Shown piece by piece: positions 19,193 through 29,108 of a DNA stretch of 64,000 nucleotides. This DNA is from an uncultured SAR86 cluster bacterium (lineage in GTDB: Bacteria; Pseudomonadota; Gammaproteobacteria; Magnimaribacterales; AG-339-G14): contig CACJUN010000001.1 of assembly GCA_902596665.1 (NCBI GenBank), forward strand, positions 391,935-455,934, read 5' to 3'. The position numbers and the translations under genes are program-made. The notes under the pieces were generated by a model. It was not told the origin of the DNA. It worked only from the letters and a program-made list of their open reading frames with translations, and did not search any database. Each line of letters starts with the position of its first letter. Positions within the stretch are counted from its first letter, which is position 1.

Positions 19193-20368
19193 TTATTTTG
19201 ATAAATAAGACATACTATCTTCAAGACCTTTAAGAGTAAGACCATACATTCGATCTTCGATTAAAGTTCTTGTTATGTCTATGGATGCAGAGTAATCCCA
19301 ATGTTCAGATGGCACAGGATTGAGCCAAGCAACCTTATCGTAAATAGTTGTAATTTTTTTCATCCACAACGAGCCAGCTTCTTCATTCCAATGTTCAATA
19401 CTGCCTCCTGGATTAGTTATCTCATAAGGAGCCATTGTTGCATCGCCAACAAAGATAACTTTGTAATCAGCTCCATACTTATGGAGGATATCGTCTGTTT
19501 TAATTCTTTCATTGTGTCTGCGTTTATTGTCCTTCCATACAGATTCATAAATAAAATTATGGAAATAAAAATATTCAAGATGCTTAAATTCAGTTTTTAC
19601 AGCTGAAAAGAGTTCCTCACAAACCTTAATATGAGGATCCATAGAACCACCAACATCAAAGAAAACAAGAACCTTCACGGCATTTTGTTTTTCTGCAATC
19701 ATTTTTATATCCAATAGCCCAGCGTTTTTTGCAGTATGCTTAATGGTGCCATCCAAATCGAATTCTTCTTCAATACCTTGGCGAGCAAATTTTCTTAATC
19801 TTCTTAAAGCCATTTTTATATTTCTTGTTCCTAGCTCTATAGAATCATCTAAATTTTTGTAATCTCTTTGTTGCCAGACTTTTACTGCTTTATTTTGTTT
19901 TCCTTCACCATCTACTCTTATACCTTCAGGATTAGAACCTGCATTACCGTAAGGTGAAGTTCCTCCAGTACCCACCCATTTGTCTCCTTTTTCATGTCTT
20001 TCCTTCTGTTCTTCTAGTCTTTTCTTAAATTCTTCTAACAGTTTTTCTAAACCGCCGAGAGATTTAATTTTTTTTAATTCATCCTCAGATAAGAACTTCT
20101 CAAATTCTTTACGCAACCAATCTTCTGGAACTAAAGCTTCAATAATGTCATCAAGAGTTTCTAAGCCTTTGAAATATATATCAAATGCTCTATCAAACTT
20201 ATCGTAGTGTTTCTCATCTTTAACCAATGTAGCTCTTGATAAGTAATAAAAGTCTTCTGAATTAGCAAAAGCTAACTGTTTTTCTAATCCTGCTAAAAGA
20301 TCTAGAAATTCCCTTAAGGTGCAAGGAACTCCTGTATTTCTGAGTGTGCCAAATAAGTTTAAAAGCAT
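19193..20368 (-). CDS. VWA domain protein, CoxE-like (COG3825 type)
   Basis: The N-terminus RNTGVPCTLREFLDLL...FYYLSRATLVKDEKHYDKFDRAF is typical of CoxE-like VWA partners of MoxR ATPases. A MIDAS-like FFDVGGSM block is present. Confidence 0.7.
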   Translation of the reverse strand: MLLNLFGTLRNTGVPCTLREFLDLLAGLEKQLAFANSEDFYYLSRATLVKDEKHYDKFDRAFDIYFKGLETLDDIIEALVPEDWLRKEFEKFLSEDELKKIKSLGGLEKLLEEFKKRLEEQKERHEKGDKWVGTGGTSPYGNAGSNPEGIRVDGEGKQNKAVKVWQQRDYKNLDDSIELGTRNIKMALRRLRKFARQGIEEEFDLDGTIKHTAKNAGLLDIKMIAEKQNAVKVLVFFDVGGSMDPHIKVCEELFSAVKTEFKHLEYFYFHNFIYESVWKDNKRRHNERIKTDDILHKYGADYKVIFVGDATMAPYEITNPGGSIEHWNEEAGSLWMKKITTIYDKVAWLNPVPSEHWDYSASIDITRTLIEDRMYGLTLKGLEDSMSYLSK

Positions 20369-21222
20369 TATTGTTGATTTCCAGATTCTCTCCTTGCCAT
20401 AAATGCAAGTCTTTCTAGCAGTTGAACATCCTGTTCATTTTTAATTAATGCACCGTAAAGAGGAGGAATTGCTTTAGTAGCATCCCTGTTCTTGAGTATT
20501 TCATCTGGAAGATCATCAGACATTAGAAGCTTTAACCAATCAACTAATTCAGAAGTCGAGGGTTTCTTTTTTAAACCAGGAACTTTTCTTACATCAAAGA
20601 AAATATCTAGAGCCTCTTTAACTAACTTTTGTTTTATCTTCGGATGATGGACTTTCACAATTTCCTGCATTGTTTCTCTATCAGGAAAAGAAATGTAATG
20701 GAAAAAACATCTCCTTAAGAAAGCATCTGGTAATTCTTTTTCGTTGTTACTGGTAATAATGACAATTGGTCTATGAACTGCCTTAACGGTTTCCTTTGTT
20801 TCATAGACGTAGAATTCCATTCGGTCTATTTCTTGCAATAGGTCATTAGGGAACTCAATATCAGCTTTATCTATTTCATCAATGAGCAAAACAGCTCTTT
20901 CCTCTGATACAAAAGCTTCCCATAATTTACCTTTTTCTATGTAATTAGAGATATCTTTTACCCTTTCATCTCCAAGCTGCGAGTCTCTTAATCTTGTAAC
21001 AGCATCGTACTCGTATAATCCTTGTTGAGCTTTAGTGGTAGATTTAATACTCCATTCATACAAGGGTAATCCTAGTGATTCAGCCACCTCAAGAGCAAGC
21101 ATAGTTTTACCAGTTCCCGGCTCTCCTTTAATCAGTAAAGGTCTTTCTAAGTTAATAGCAGCATTGACTGCCATACTGAGATCTTCTGTAGAGATATATG
21201 ATTTAGTTCCTTCAAATTTCAT
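20368..21222 (-). CDS. MoxR-like AAA+ ATPase (AAA_5)
   Basis: Walker A GEPGTGKT, Walker B LLIDEIDKA and TSNNEKELPDAFLRR. Confidence 0.85.
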   Translation of the reverse strand: MKFEGTKSYISTEDLSMAVNAAINLERPLLIKGEPGTGKTMLALEVAESLGLPLYEWSIKSTTKAQQGLYEYDAVTRLRDSQLGDERVKDISNYIEKGKLWEAFVSEERAVLLIDEIDKADIEFPNDLLQEIDRMEFYVYETKETVKAVHRPIVIITSNNEKELPDAFLRRCFFHYISFPDRETMQEIVKVHHPKIKQKLVKEALDIFFDVRKVPGLKKKPSTSELVDWLKLLMSDDLPDEILKNRDATKAIPPLYGALIKNEQDVQLLERLAFMARRESGNQQ

Positions 21223-21266
21223 AATAATTTCCTATTTGTAGTCTCATTCTTAAAGAAATATGAGAC

Positions 21267-22073
21267 TTATTTTTTAAGTCTTAGTTTAGCCATCTGTTTA
21301 GACTGTCCGACTAATTTACCTGAACTATCCCAAATTTCTCTATCTTCTTCCATAAAGCCACCTGTCACAAATTCAGTCTTGGCTATTACTTTTAGAGGAC
21401 CTTCAGATGGTAACCCTCTTACGTGAGAAGCCAAAGATATGGTTGGAACCCAACCTACAGTTCCAAGTTTATTATAAATTGGCGGAGTAGTCGCATCCAG
21501 AAACAATACTAAATCAAATAAGTCAACATTGTCCTTTTCAGGCCAAGACATATAAAGATTTAGTGTAGACGACGAGTTGTCTATATCTTTTTTCCACCAC
21601 AAAGAATCTTGAGCATAAGCTTTTTCAATATTTTTATCTAATTTAGGATTAAAGCCTTCTTTGTAAGGAATTACCTCGCAAGAGTTATATTCAGGAAAGT
21701 TAGGCACGTCCCTTTCATAAATATTCAAATCGTTTTTGAAGGAAAAGTCAGTAAACGTTCCAATAAATATTATTTTTATTTTATTATCCTGAATAAATTC
21801 TACCCTTGCCGTAGATAAACTTTTACTACTACTCAGATGAGTTACATGAAGTTCTGTTGATCCAAAATCTACCCTATCTAGATAGTGTGCAGATATACTT
21901 AAAGGATCTTTATGTTCTAAGAATTCCGACATTGCTTTTGCTGCAAGAGTCATTGAATAACCACCATTTGCAGTATTTCCAATACTCCAATTTTCAGATA
22001 CTTCTGCTGTAAATAAATTATCTGACTGTTTTTTTACAGTTGTGTCTCTTACGAATAATTCTTTAGAATTCAT
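21267..22073 (-). CDS. acyl-CoA thioesterase-like double hotdog protein
   Basis: 268 aa with NGGYSMTLAAKA, typical of the acyl-CoA thioesterase II-like (4HBT_3) family. Confidence 0.6.
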   Translation of the reverse strand: MNSKELFVRDTTVKKQSDNLFTAEVSENWSIGNTANGGYSMTLAAKAMSEFLEHKDPLSISAHYLDRVDFGSTELHVTHLSSSKSLSTARVEFIQDNKIKIIFIGTFTDFSFKNDLNIYERDVPNFPEYNSCEVIPYKEGFNPKLDKNIEKAYAQDSLWWKKDIDNSSSTLNLYMSWPEKDNVDLFDLVLFLDATTPPIYNKLGTVGWVPTISLASHVRGLPSEGPLKVIAKTEFVTGGFMEEDREIWDSSGKLVGQSKQMAKLRLKK

Positions 22074-22120
22074 ATTTTTATATTAAAGGTATGAGCTAAT
22101 TAATAAAGTTAAAATTAATC

Positions 22121-22885
22121 ATGTTTGATATTGGTGCAAATTTAACAAGCAGTCATTTCTCAGATGACCTTGATTCAGTCCTTTATGAATCCTTTGAAGC
22201 TGGTGTGAAAAAGATATGCATTACCTCATCTAATCTACAGGATGTTAGAAATGCAAAAAAAATTACTGAGAGAAATAAAAACCTCTATTATTCCGTTGGC
22301 TTTCATCCGCATAATGCAAAAGATTTTAAAATTGAATTTTTAAAAGAAATGTCAATCTATTTGGATGATCCCAGAGCAATATGTCTGGGTGAGATGGGTC
22401 TTGATTTTAATCGCAATTTTTCATCTAGAGAGGAACAAATTTTATGCTTTGAGTCTCAATTAAGTTTAGCTAATTCAATAAATAAACCTTTGTTTCTTCA
22501 TCAAAGAGATGCGCATGAAGAATTTTTAAGTATTCTGGATAATTATAAGTTTAACCAAAAATTAATTGTTCATTGCTTCACTGGAAACTTATCTGAATTA
22601 GAAGACTATTTGAAAAGAGATTTTTATATAGGAATCACAGGGTGGGTTTGTGATCTCAAGAGAGGTTTAGATTTAAGAGAATGTATCAATCATATTCCTC
22701 AAGAAAAGCTTCTGATTGAAACTGACTCCCCATATTTAAGTCCGAGAAAAAAAATAAGACGGAATGAACCGAAATTTTTAATTGATGTTGCAGAGGAAGT
22801 GGCAAGATTAAGACAACAGACAAAAGAAAGTATTGTTAAATCTTCTTATGAGAACTCTTTAAATTTTTTTAATCTCCACCGATAA
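22121..22885 (+). CDS. tatD: TatD family metal-dependent DNase/hydrolase
   Basis: The MFDIGANLTSSHF N-terminus matches E. coli TatD closely, and the HPH and ETDSPYL motifs are present. Confidence 0.85.
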   Translation: MFDIGANLTSSHFSDDLDSVLYESFEAGVKKICITSSNLQDVRNAKKITERNKNLYYSVGFHPHNAKDFKIEFLKEMSIYLDDPRAICLGEMGLDFNRNFSSREEQILCFESQLSLANSINKPLFLHQRDAHEEFLSILDNYKFNQKLIVHCFTGNLSELEDYLKRDFYIGITGWVCDLKRGLDLRECINHIPQEKLLIETDSPYLSPRKKIRRNEPKFLIDVAEEVARLRQQTKESIVKSSYENSLNFFNLHR

Positions 22886-24002
22886 CGTTTGATGATATAA
22901 GGTCATCTATTTGCTCAGTCCATCCTATTGAATCTAATATTTCCTTTGTATCTTCTCCAATCGGATTCTGAAGGTGTTTGATTTTAGAGGGCGTTTCTGA
23001 AAATAAAGGAGCTGGTGAAGGTTGGGTAACTTCATCTATAGTGCTGAAGGAATTTCTTTCCTTATTGTGAGGGTGATTGATTGCTTCATCCATAGAAAGC
23101 ACAGGCGCAAAACAAATGTCTGTCCCCTCCATGATTTCACACCATTCATCGCGAGTTTTAGAAAGAAAAACTTTTTTAAATTTAGCTTTATATTCATTCC
23201 ATTTCTCTTTATTCATTTGCTCTGAGAATTCATTGCTATCTAATCCCATCTTATCTAAAAGGATTGAGTAAAATTGAGGTTCAATTGAGCCGAGTGAAAC
23301 AAACTTACCGTCCTTGCATTCATAACTATCATAAAAATGTGTTGCTCCATCAAGAAGATTGCTTTGTTGTTGATCAGTCCAAAATCCAGATGCTTTCATT
23401 CCATAAATCATAGACATTAACTGAGCGGTGCCTTCAGTCATAGCTGCATCTATAACTTGTCCTTTCCCACCATTTTTGACATTAACTAATGCAGCACATA
23501 TTCCAAGAGCTAATAACATTCCACCTCCTCCAAAATCTCCAATTAGATTTAAAGGAGGAGCAGGAGGTTCGCCATTCCTTCCTGTGGAGCCGAGAGCTCC
23601 AGCAAGCGATATGTAATTGATATCGTGTCCGGCTGCATTTGCAAGGGGACCGGTTTGACCCCAGCCTGTCATTCTTCCGTATATTAGATTTTCATTTTTT
23701 TGCAAACAAAGTTCTGGACCTAAGCCTAATCTTTCCATTACCCCTGGTCTAAATCCCTCTATCAATGCATCGGCAGATTCTATTAATTTTAGAACAAGCT
23801 CTATTCCCTTTTCGGACTTTAAATCTACAGCTATGGATTTTTTTCCTCGACCGGATACTTCAAATTTTGAACCTTTGCCATAATTTTGTTTTCGGTCTAC
23901 TAAAATTACCTCAGCTCCCATATCAGCTAATAACATCCCTGCGAATGGAGCTGGGCCAATTCCAGCGATTTCAATAATTTTTGTTCCTTTTAATGTGCTC
24001 AT
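22869..24002 (-). CDS. family III CoA-transferase (CaiB/BaiF; alpha-methylacyl-CoA racemase-like)
   Basis: GIGPAPFAGMLLADMGAEVI N-terminal motif plus HDINYI and GDFGGG blocks. Confidence 0.8.
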   Translation of the reverse strand: MSTLKGTKIIEIAGIGPAPFAGMLLADMGAEVILVDRKQNYGKGSKFEVSGRGKKSIAVDLKSEKGIELVLKLIESADALIEGFRPGVMERLGLGPELCLQKNENLIYGRMTGWGQTGPLANAAGHDINYISLAGALGSTGRNGEPPAPPLNLIGDFGGGGMLLALGICAALVNVKNGGKGQVIDAAMTEGTAQLMSMIYGMKASGFWTDQQQSNLLDGATHFYDSYECKDGKFVSLGSIEPQFYSILLDKMGLDSNEFSEQMNKEKWNEYKAKFKKVFLSKTRDEWCEIMEGTDICFAPVLSMDEAINHPHNKERNSFSTIDEVTQPSPAPLFSETPSKIKHLQNPIGEDTKEILDSIGWTEQIDDLISSNVIGGD

Positions 24003-24004
24003 AA

Positions 24005-26449
24005 TTACTTTAATGGTTTTAGATAATATAAAAGAGTTGGCAATAAAAGTAACGAACCTAAGATTGCCATGATCATAGCTAATGAAGTGAAAATTCCAAA
24101 GAATACAGAAGGATTAAAGTTTGACGACAACAAAATTAAAAATCCAATAACTATAGTAGATGATGTATAAAACATCGCTCTTCCTATGGTTGTGTGACTA
24201 TTCTTGAGGCATTCTTCATAGTCTTTTGATAAATCAAATTCTCTTTTAAATCTATGCAGGTAATGAATAGTATTATCAACACCAATCCCAATGCTGATCG
24301 CAGCAACGGTAACGGTCATAATATCCAATGGAACTCCAGAAAATCCTATGGAACCCATGACAAAACCAGCTGCAAGAAAATTCGGAATCATACCAATCAA
24401 AGCTAAGCTGACAGATCGAAAAAGAAATAAAAACATCACGAAAATTGCTATGAAGACAATTCCTACACTGCCAATCAAAGATGAGAAAAGACTCTGAAGT
24501 AAATTATTATATATAACTGATATTCCTGTAAGTCTAAATTGTTGATTATCAAGACCAAATTTATTTTCTAAATCATAATTTATTTCATCGATGAGATTCT
24601 TTCTGTTCAATCCATCTAGAGATTCTTTCACTCTTGCTTGAAGCCTTACTTGATTATCATCATCAGAGATATACGAATTAAGTAAACTTTCCTTAATATC
24701 CTCTGGTAAAAGTTCTCTCATGAAAGCTAATTCAAGATCATTAAGCTTTTTTCCATTAGCTATTTCAGCAAGTTTTATTCCACTTGATACAGATAAAACT
24801 TTTCCTATTTCAGTTCTTGATTCCAAATAGTCATGAATTTCTTCTAGCCTATCTAAATTTTGACTTGTAAACCAATACCCGCTGGCTGAGTCATCCATAC
24901 CAAAAGGATCATCAAAATCTTCAAAGTCATCCTCAATCTGCTCTGTATTAGGAGCATTTATTACTAAATCAAGGGGTGCTGTTCCCCCCAGCTTCTCATC
25001 AATTAAAGACAGTCCTTTATATATTTCTGTTTCCGACTTGAAGTAGTCTATGAATTTATTCTCAACAGATAACATAGATATTCCAAGAACAGATAATCCA
25101 AAAACTATTAAAGAAAAGAAAACAATTTTAATTCTGGAATTCTTAAAAATGTTGAATATAAATAATGTTATTCCAGAGGACTGATCTTCTACAAAGTCTT
25201 TCTCTTTTTTTGGTAACTTTGAAATTACTGCAGGAAAAAAGGAAAAAGTCACCAAGAAAGCGATGACAATACTGGTAGCCATCAATAAACCAAAATCTGT
25301 AATAGGTTTTATATCACTGACAATCAATGAGAGAAATGCGACTATTGTTGTTAGAGCAGTGTAAAGACAAGGTACAAACATTTGTGTCGAAGCCATTAAC
25401 ACTATCTCTTTTTGGCTTAACTCAGAGTTTTTAGATAACAATTCCTGATATCTAACGACTAAATGCATTGTCAAAGATATTGCAATGATCATCAGAAGAG
25501 CAATATAGTTTGCAGAAACAACTGTTACTTTCAGTCCTGCAAAGCTTATTAAGCCAGTAACCACAATTGCAGAGATAAAAGCACTAATCAAAGGAAGCAA
25601 AATCCAACGAATTTGACGAAAAATAAAGCCCAGCACAGTTATAAATAGTAGTCCCACGGCAAAACCAAAAAAAACTATATCGTTTAGAATAAATTGTATT
25701 GTGTCAGTAGATATCATTGGGCCGCCGCCAAGGTAGATTTCAGCATCATTTTTATATTTTGAGATTATTGCTCTTGTATCAGCAACCAACTTCTTTCTTG
25801 TGGCGACATTTTCTTTTTGCAAGACATCGATTTCTTGAGATAGTAAATCAAGTTGTAATTGTTTCTCAATTTCACTTAAAGAAGAATCTTCATTAATTCG
25901 ATACCTTTCTTGTATCTTGGAATCATATTGAGTTGTAGGTTTAAGAATAGCTTGTAAGGCTACAGTATCTAATTGTTCACTAACCAAAAGGCCTCTATAG
26001 ACTGGATTACTAGAGAATTCTTTTTTTGCTAAAGATAAATCAACATTCTTTTTTCTTAGAGATATTGGATTACTTGCAATTTCAGATATTGATTGTCTTG
26101 GACTTTCAAGCAAAGGAACGTCAAGAAAGTTTAAAACAGAATCAATTTCTTCAAGTCCTTCTAACTCATCAGATAATTCTTCTATTTTTGTTAAGGTTTC
26201 TTGAGTGAATAATTCATCAAAAGGGGAATAAGTGACTATTAAAAAGTCACCCCCTCCTCCAAAAGTTTTATTTGTATCTCTGTAGAACTTCAGATCATCA
26301 TCATCTTCCAGCAATAAGGTATCCGAAGAAGCATCTAGCTGAAAATATTGAATTCCAAAAGCAAGACCAAAAGTTATCAGTAAAACTAGCCCTAAGGTAA
26401 CTGAAGATCTGTAAACCACAAAATGTAAAATTTTTTGTACAAATGCCAT
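24005..26449 (-). CDS. RND-superfamily MMPL/HpnN-like exporter (sterol-sensing-domain type)
   Basis: 814 aa in two halves, each a 6-TM bundle preceded by a large periplasmic loop. There is no adjacent MFP or OMF gene. Confidence 0.65.
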   Translation of the reverse strand: MAFVQKILHFVVYRSSVTLGLVLLITFGLAFGIQYFQLDASSDTLLLEDDDDLKFYRDTNKTFGGGGDFLIVTYSPFDELFTQETLTKIEELSDELEGLEEIDSVLNFLDVPLLESPRQSISEIASNPISLRKKNVDLSLAKKEFSSNPVYRGLLVSEQLDTVALQAILKPTTQYDSKIQERYRINEDSSLSEIEKQLQLDLLSQEIDVLQKENVATRKKLVADTRAIISKYKNDAEIYLGGGPMISTDTIQFILNDIVFFGFAVGLLFITVLGFIFRQIRWILLPLISAFISAIVVTGLISFAGLKVTVVSANYIALLMIIAISLTMHLVVRYQELLSKNSELSQKEIVLMASTQMFVPCLYTALTTIVAFLSLIVSDIKPITDFGLLMATSIVIAFLVTFSFFPAVISKLPKKEKDFVEDQSSGITLFIFNIFKNSRIKIVFFSLIVFGLSVLGISMLSVENKFIDYFKSETEIYKGLSLIDEKLGGTAPLDLVINAPNTEQIEDDFEDFDDPFGMDDSASGYWFTSQNLDRLEEIHDYLESRTEIGKVLSVSSGIKLAEIANGKKLNDLELAFMRELLPEDIKESLLNSYISDDDNQVRLQARVKESLDGLNRKNLIDEINYDLENKFGLDNQQFRLTGISVIYNNLLQSLFSSLIGSVGIVFIAIFVMFLFLFRSVSLALIGMIPNFLAAGFVMGSIGFSGVPLDIMTVTVAAISIGIGVDNTIHYLHRFKREFDLSKDYEECLKNSHTTIGRAMFYTSSTIVIGFLILLSSNFNPSVFFGIFTSLAMIMAILGSLLLLPTLLYYLKPLK

Positions 26450-26455
26450 TGTTTA

Positions 26456-27322
26456 TTAGTTGCTTTTTTTAATTATCTGCTTGTGTCGCTCGAGATATCT
26501 TAATCTGTCTTCTTCAGACTTTTCATTAATACATTGATGACATGAGACCCCTGCAGAATAATGAGTTGACTCTAAATCTTTCTTTGAAAGCGGTCTTCTG
26601 CAAGCGAAACATTGGTAAAAAGAACCTTTGTTTAAATCTTTATCAACTGTAACTCTCTCATCAAAAACAAAACACTCGCCTTCCCATAGTTTTTTATCTT
26701 TAGTATTAGCTAAATAGCTTAGAATTCCACCTTTAAGTTGATGTACATCATTAATGTCTTCTGATTTAAAAATAGAAGATGCTTTTTCACAACGAATACC
26801 TCCGGTGCAAAAAATGCCAATTTTTTTTCCTATGAAATTTTTCTTATTTTCTTTTACAAAATGTTTAAATTCTCTGAAATTTCTCGTATCAGGATTCAAT
26901 GCACCTTTAAAAGTACCAACTGAGGTTTCATAATTATTTCTTACATCAATTAAGATAGTATTTTTATTTTCTGAAAACTCATTCCAAAATTCTGGAGCTA
27001 TATGTGATGCGGCGTAATCTGTCGGCTTTAATTTTGTTCCTGAAGGTACGAGTTCTTGCCTCTCCTTAATTTTAAATCTCTTAAAAGGTTTTTTTTCTGT
27101 ATAGGAGCGCCCAATATCAATTGAAGGGAAATATTTGGCAATGTAAGTCTCAAAAGTATAAAGATTTTCTAAGTTCGCACAGGCTATCGTTGAATTTATA
27201 CCCTCTGGAGTCAAAATTATTGTTCCTACGATAGAAAGTTCATCGGCTTTTTTCGATAGACTTTGTTTTAAAAAGGAATAATCTCTCTCGCAACAATCAT
27301 AAAAAGTTGAAATATGAAACAT
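26456..27322 (-). CDS. trhO: rhodanese-domain tRNA U34 hydroxylase TrhO (YceA/UPF0176)
   Basis: CTGGIRCEKAS active-site loop and a C-terminal Cys cluster. Confidence 0.85.
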   Translation of the reverse strand: MFHISTFYDCCERDYSFLKQSLSKKADELSIVGTIILTPEGINSTIACANLENLYTFETYIAKYFPSIDIGRSYTEKKPFKRFKIKERQELVPSGTKLKPTDYAASHIAPEFWNEFSENKNTILIDVRNNYETSVGTFKGALNPDTRNFREFKHFVKENKKNFIGKKIGIFCTGGIRCEKASSIFKSEDINDVHQLKGGILSYLANTKDKKLWEGECFVFDERVTVDKDLNKGSFYQCFACRRPLSKKDLESTHYSAGVSCHQCINEKSEEDRLRYLERHKQIIKKSN

Positions 27323-27331
27323 TGTTGTATT

Positions 27332-27637
27332 TTAATTTTCTCCGCCTAAACAGTTAGGTGAATTCAACTCCTGACCAGTTTTTTCCTGCCATTCATCTTT
27401 TGTGAAGGCATGGATGGCAATAGCATGAATTTTAGTCATCTGCTCTTTAAGAATTCTATAAATCATTTGATGTCTTTGAACTAATCTTTTTTCTACAAAT
27501 TCATCTGAAACAACCACAACCTTAAAGTGAGACTCAGATCCTGGTTCAACATTATGATTCGGGCTTTCATTCTCAACTTCTAAATGCAGCAAGTCCATTC
27601 CATTAGTTAGATTATTTTCAATTTCAGTTTGAATCAT
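27332..27637 (-). CDS. bolA: BolA family protein
   Basis: 101 aa with HFKVVVVSDEF...RHQMIYRIL...IHAIAIHAFT, the BolA pattern. Confidence 0.75.
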   Translation of the reverse strand: MIQTEIENNLTNGMDLLHLEVENESPNHNVEPGSESHFKVVVVSDEFVEKRLVQRHQMIYRILKEQMTKIHAIAIHAFTKDEWQEKTGQELNSPNCLGGEN

Positions 27638-27638
27638 C

Positions 27639-29081
27639 TCAGTCTTCTATGTAATTTAATTCACTCAATTTTTCTTGATGGCTTTCTTTGGTGGTTGTTA
27701 CCAAGGAGATTGTAAACAAAGAAATGGACCAAAGAATTATTGAAGCGGTTATAGCTGTAAATCCGAAATTGAATAATATAGTTTCATCAACTTGACCAGG
27801 GACAGCATTTTTTGGCCATGATGCATATGTAAGAATTAGGCCAGCTGCAAAAGCTCCTGCACCGCTCATGCATTTAGCTGCAAAGGATCGGGCAGCAAGT
27901 AACGTTCCCTCCATTCGTCTTCCTGTTTTGATTTCAACTTCCTCGACTGTATCCCATACCATTGAGTTTAATGTCGTGAAGGAAATCACTGATGTCGCCA
28001 CACCGACAAAATGGAACAGAAGAACAGCCCCTAAAACAATTGGAGAACCATTGTCTGGTAATAAACCCAACAACCTAAGAGCTATCACACCGTTTTCAAC
28101 CGTTAATGATGTTGCAAAAAGGATTATTGCTCCGTTTCGCTTACCAAATTTATTTGCCAATAAAGGTGAGACAACAAGCCCGACAAGCGGAGCTAAAAAT
28201 AAACTCAATCCAATTGTTAATATATTTAAAGGAGTAAACTCCCAGAAAAAACTGTAAAAATACAATGTTAAATTTGTAGCTATCCCGCCAGCCACGCCCA
28301 TCATAATCATGGCAATAAACAGGATTATGTAGTTTTTACTCACTGTCATCGTCTCGTAGAGTTCAGAGAAAATAACTTTTGGAGTTTTTCTTTGTATTTC
28401 AGGAGAATGTAAGTCTTTTATGTGTCTATGCGTTCCTAGTGCGGTAACGACAATGGCTAAAAACATAATTGGACTGCACACTAATCCGTAAGTCATCCAT
28501 GTATCCGCAACAAACCTTGCATCTTGTGTGCCTGTATAGGTGCTATAAACAACAAAAATCCATAAGGAATTCCACACTGCTAAGCCACCCCACCAACCAA
28601 ACCAATATCGATAAGAAAGCAATGAGCTCCTTTCCACGTAATCTTTTGAAAGCTCTGGGCCTAAAGCATTACTTGGAATTTCATAGATAGTAATTGCAGT
28701 TCTTATAAGTGCACCAACAATTAATAAAAACCAAAATAATTGAGATTGAGTTAAGTTATCGGGAGGATCCCATATCAAAAAAAATGAGATTGCAACGGGG
28801 ACTGCTGAGAAATACATGAACGGATGCCTTCTTCCCCATCTTGATTTCATATTGTCTGAATAATAGCCAATGAGAGGATCTGATATAGCATCAATCACCA
28901 GCATTAAAAGAATAGCTAATCCTGCTAAATCAGGAGATAAACCAAACACCTGCACATAGACAAACAATAGAAAATAATTGAAAGCATTATCTTTTATTCC
29001 ATATGCTAAAGAACCAAACCCATAAAAGAATTTCGTTAGAAAAGGAAGTTTATGCGGATTATTTACTTTATCTGTTTCCAT
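27639..29081 (-). CDS. GPH-family (glycoside-pentoside-hexuronide:cation) symporter, paralog 1
   Basis: DAISDPLIGYYSDNMKSRWGRRHPF signature (the D-x-x-G-x-x-S-D-R...GRR motif of the GPH family). Confidence 0.8.
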   Translation of the reverse strand: METDKVNNPHKLPFLTKFFYGFGSLAYGIKDNAFNYFLLFVYVQVFGLSPDLAGLAILLMLVIDAISDPLIGYYSDNMKSRWGRRHPFMYFSAVPVAISFFLIWDPPDNLTQSQLFWFLLIVGALIRTAITIYEIPSNALGPELSKDYVERSSLLSYRYWFGWWGGLAVWNSLWIFVVYSTYTGTQDARFVADTWMTYGLVCSPIMFLAIVVTALGTHRHIKDLHSPEIQRKTPKVIFSELYETMTVSKNYIILFIAMIMMGVAGGIATNLTLYFYSFFWEFTPLNILTIGLSLFLAPLVGLVVSPLLANKFGKRNGAIILFATSLTVENGVIALRLLGLLPDNGSPIVLGAVLLFHFVGVATSVISFTTLNSMVWDTVEEVEIKTGRRMEGTLLAARSFAAKCMSGAGAFAAGLILTYASWPKNAVPGQVDETILFNFGFTAITASIILWSISLFTISLVTTTKESHQEKLSELNYIED

Positions 29082-29108
29082 CTATCTCCTACGTTTGAAG
29101 TATCTCAT

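Noticed and set aside
27868-28257. A 129-aa ORF antisense to the GPH symporter gene. Similar antisense ORFs occur at 2420..2665, 5058..5294, 8634..8948, 10515..10847, 19301..19606, 35511..35801, 43259..43504, 60259..60513 and 61998..62264.
   Set aside because: Each lies entirely inside a longer opposite-strand gene with clear family motifs. Their translations are low-complexity (S/P/L/I-rich) with no recognisable motif, start context or SD. They are best explained as chance open frames.
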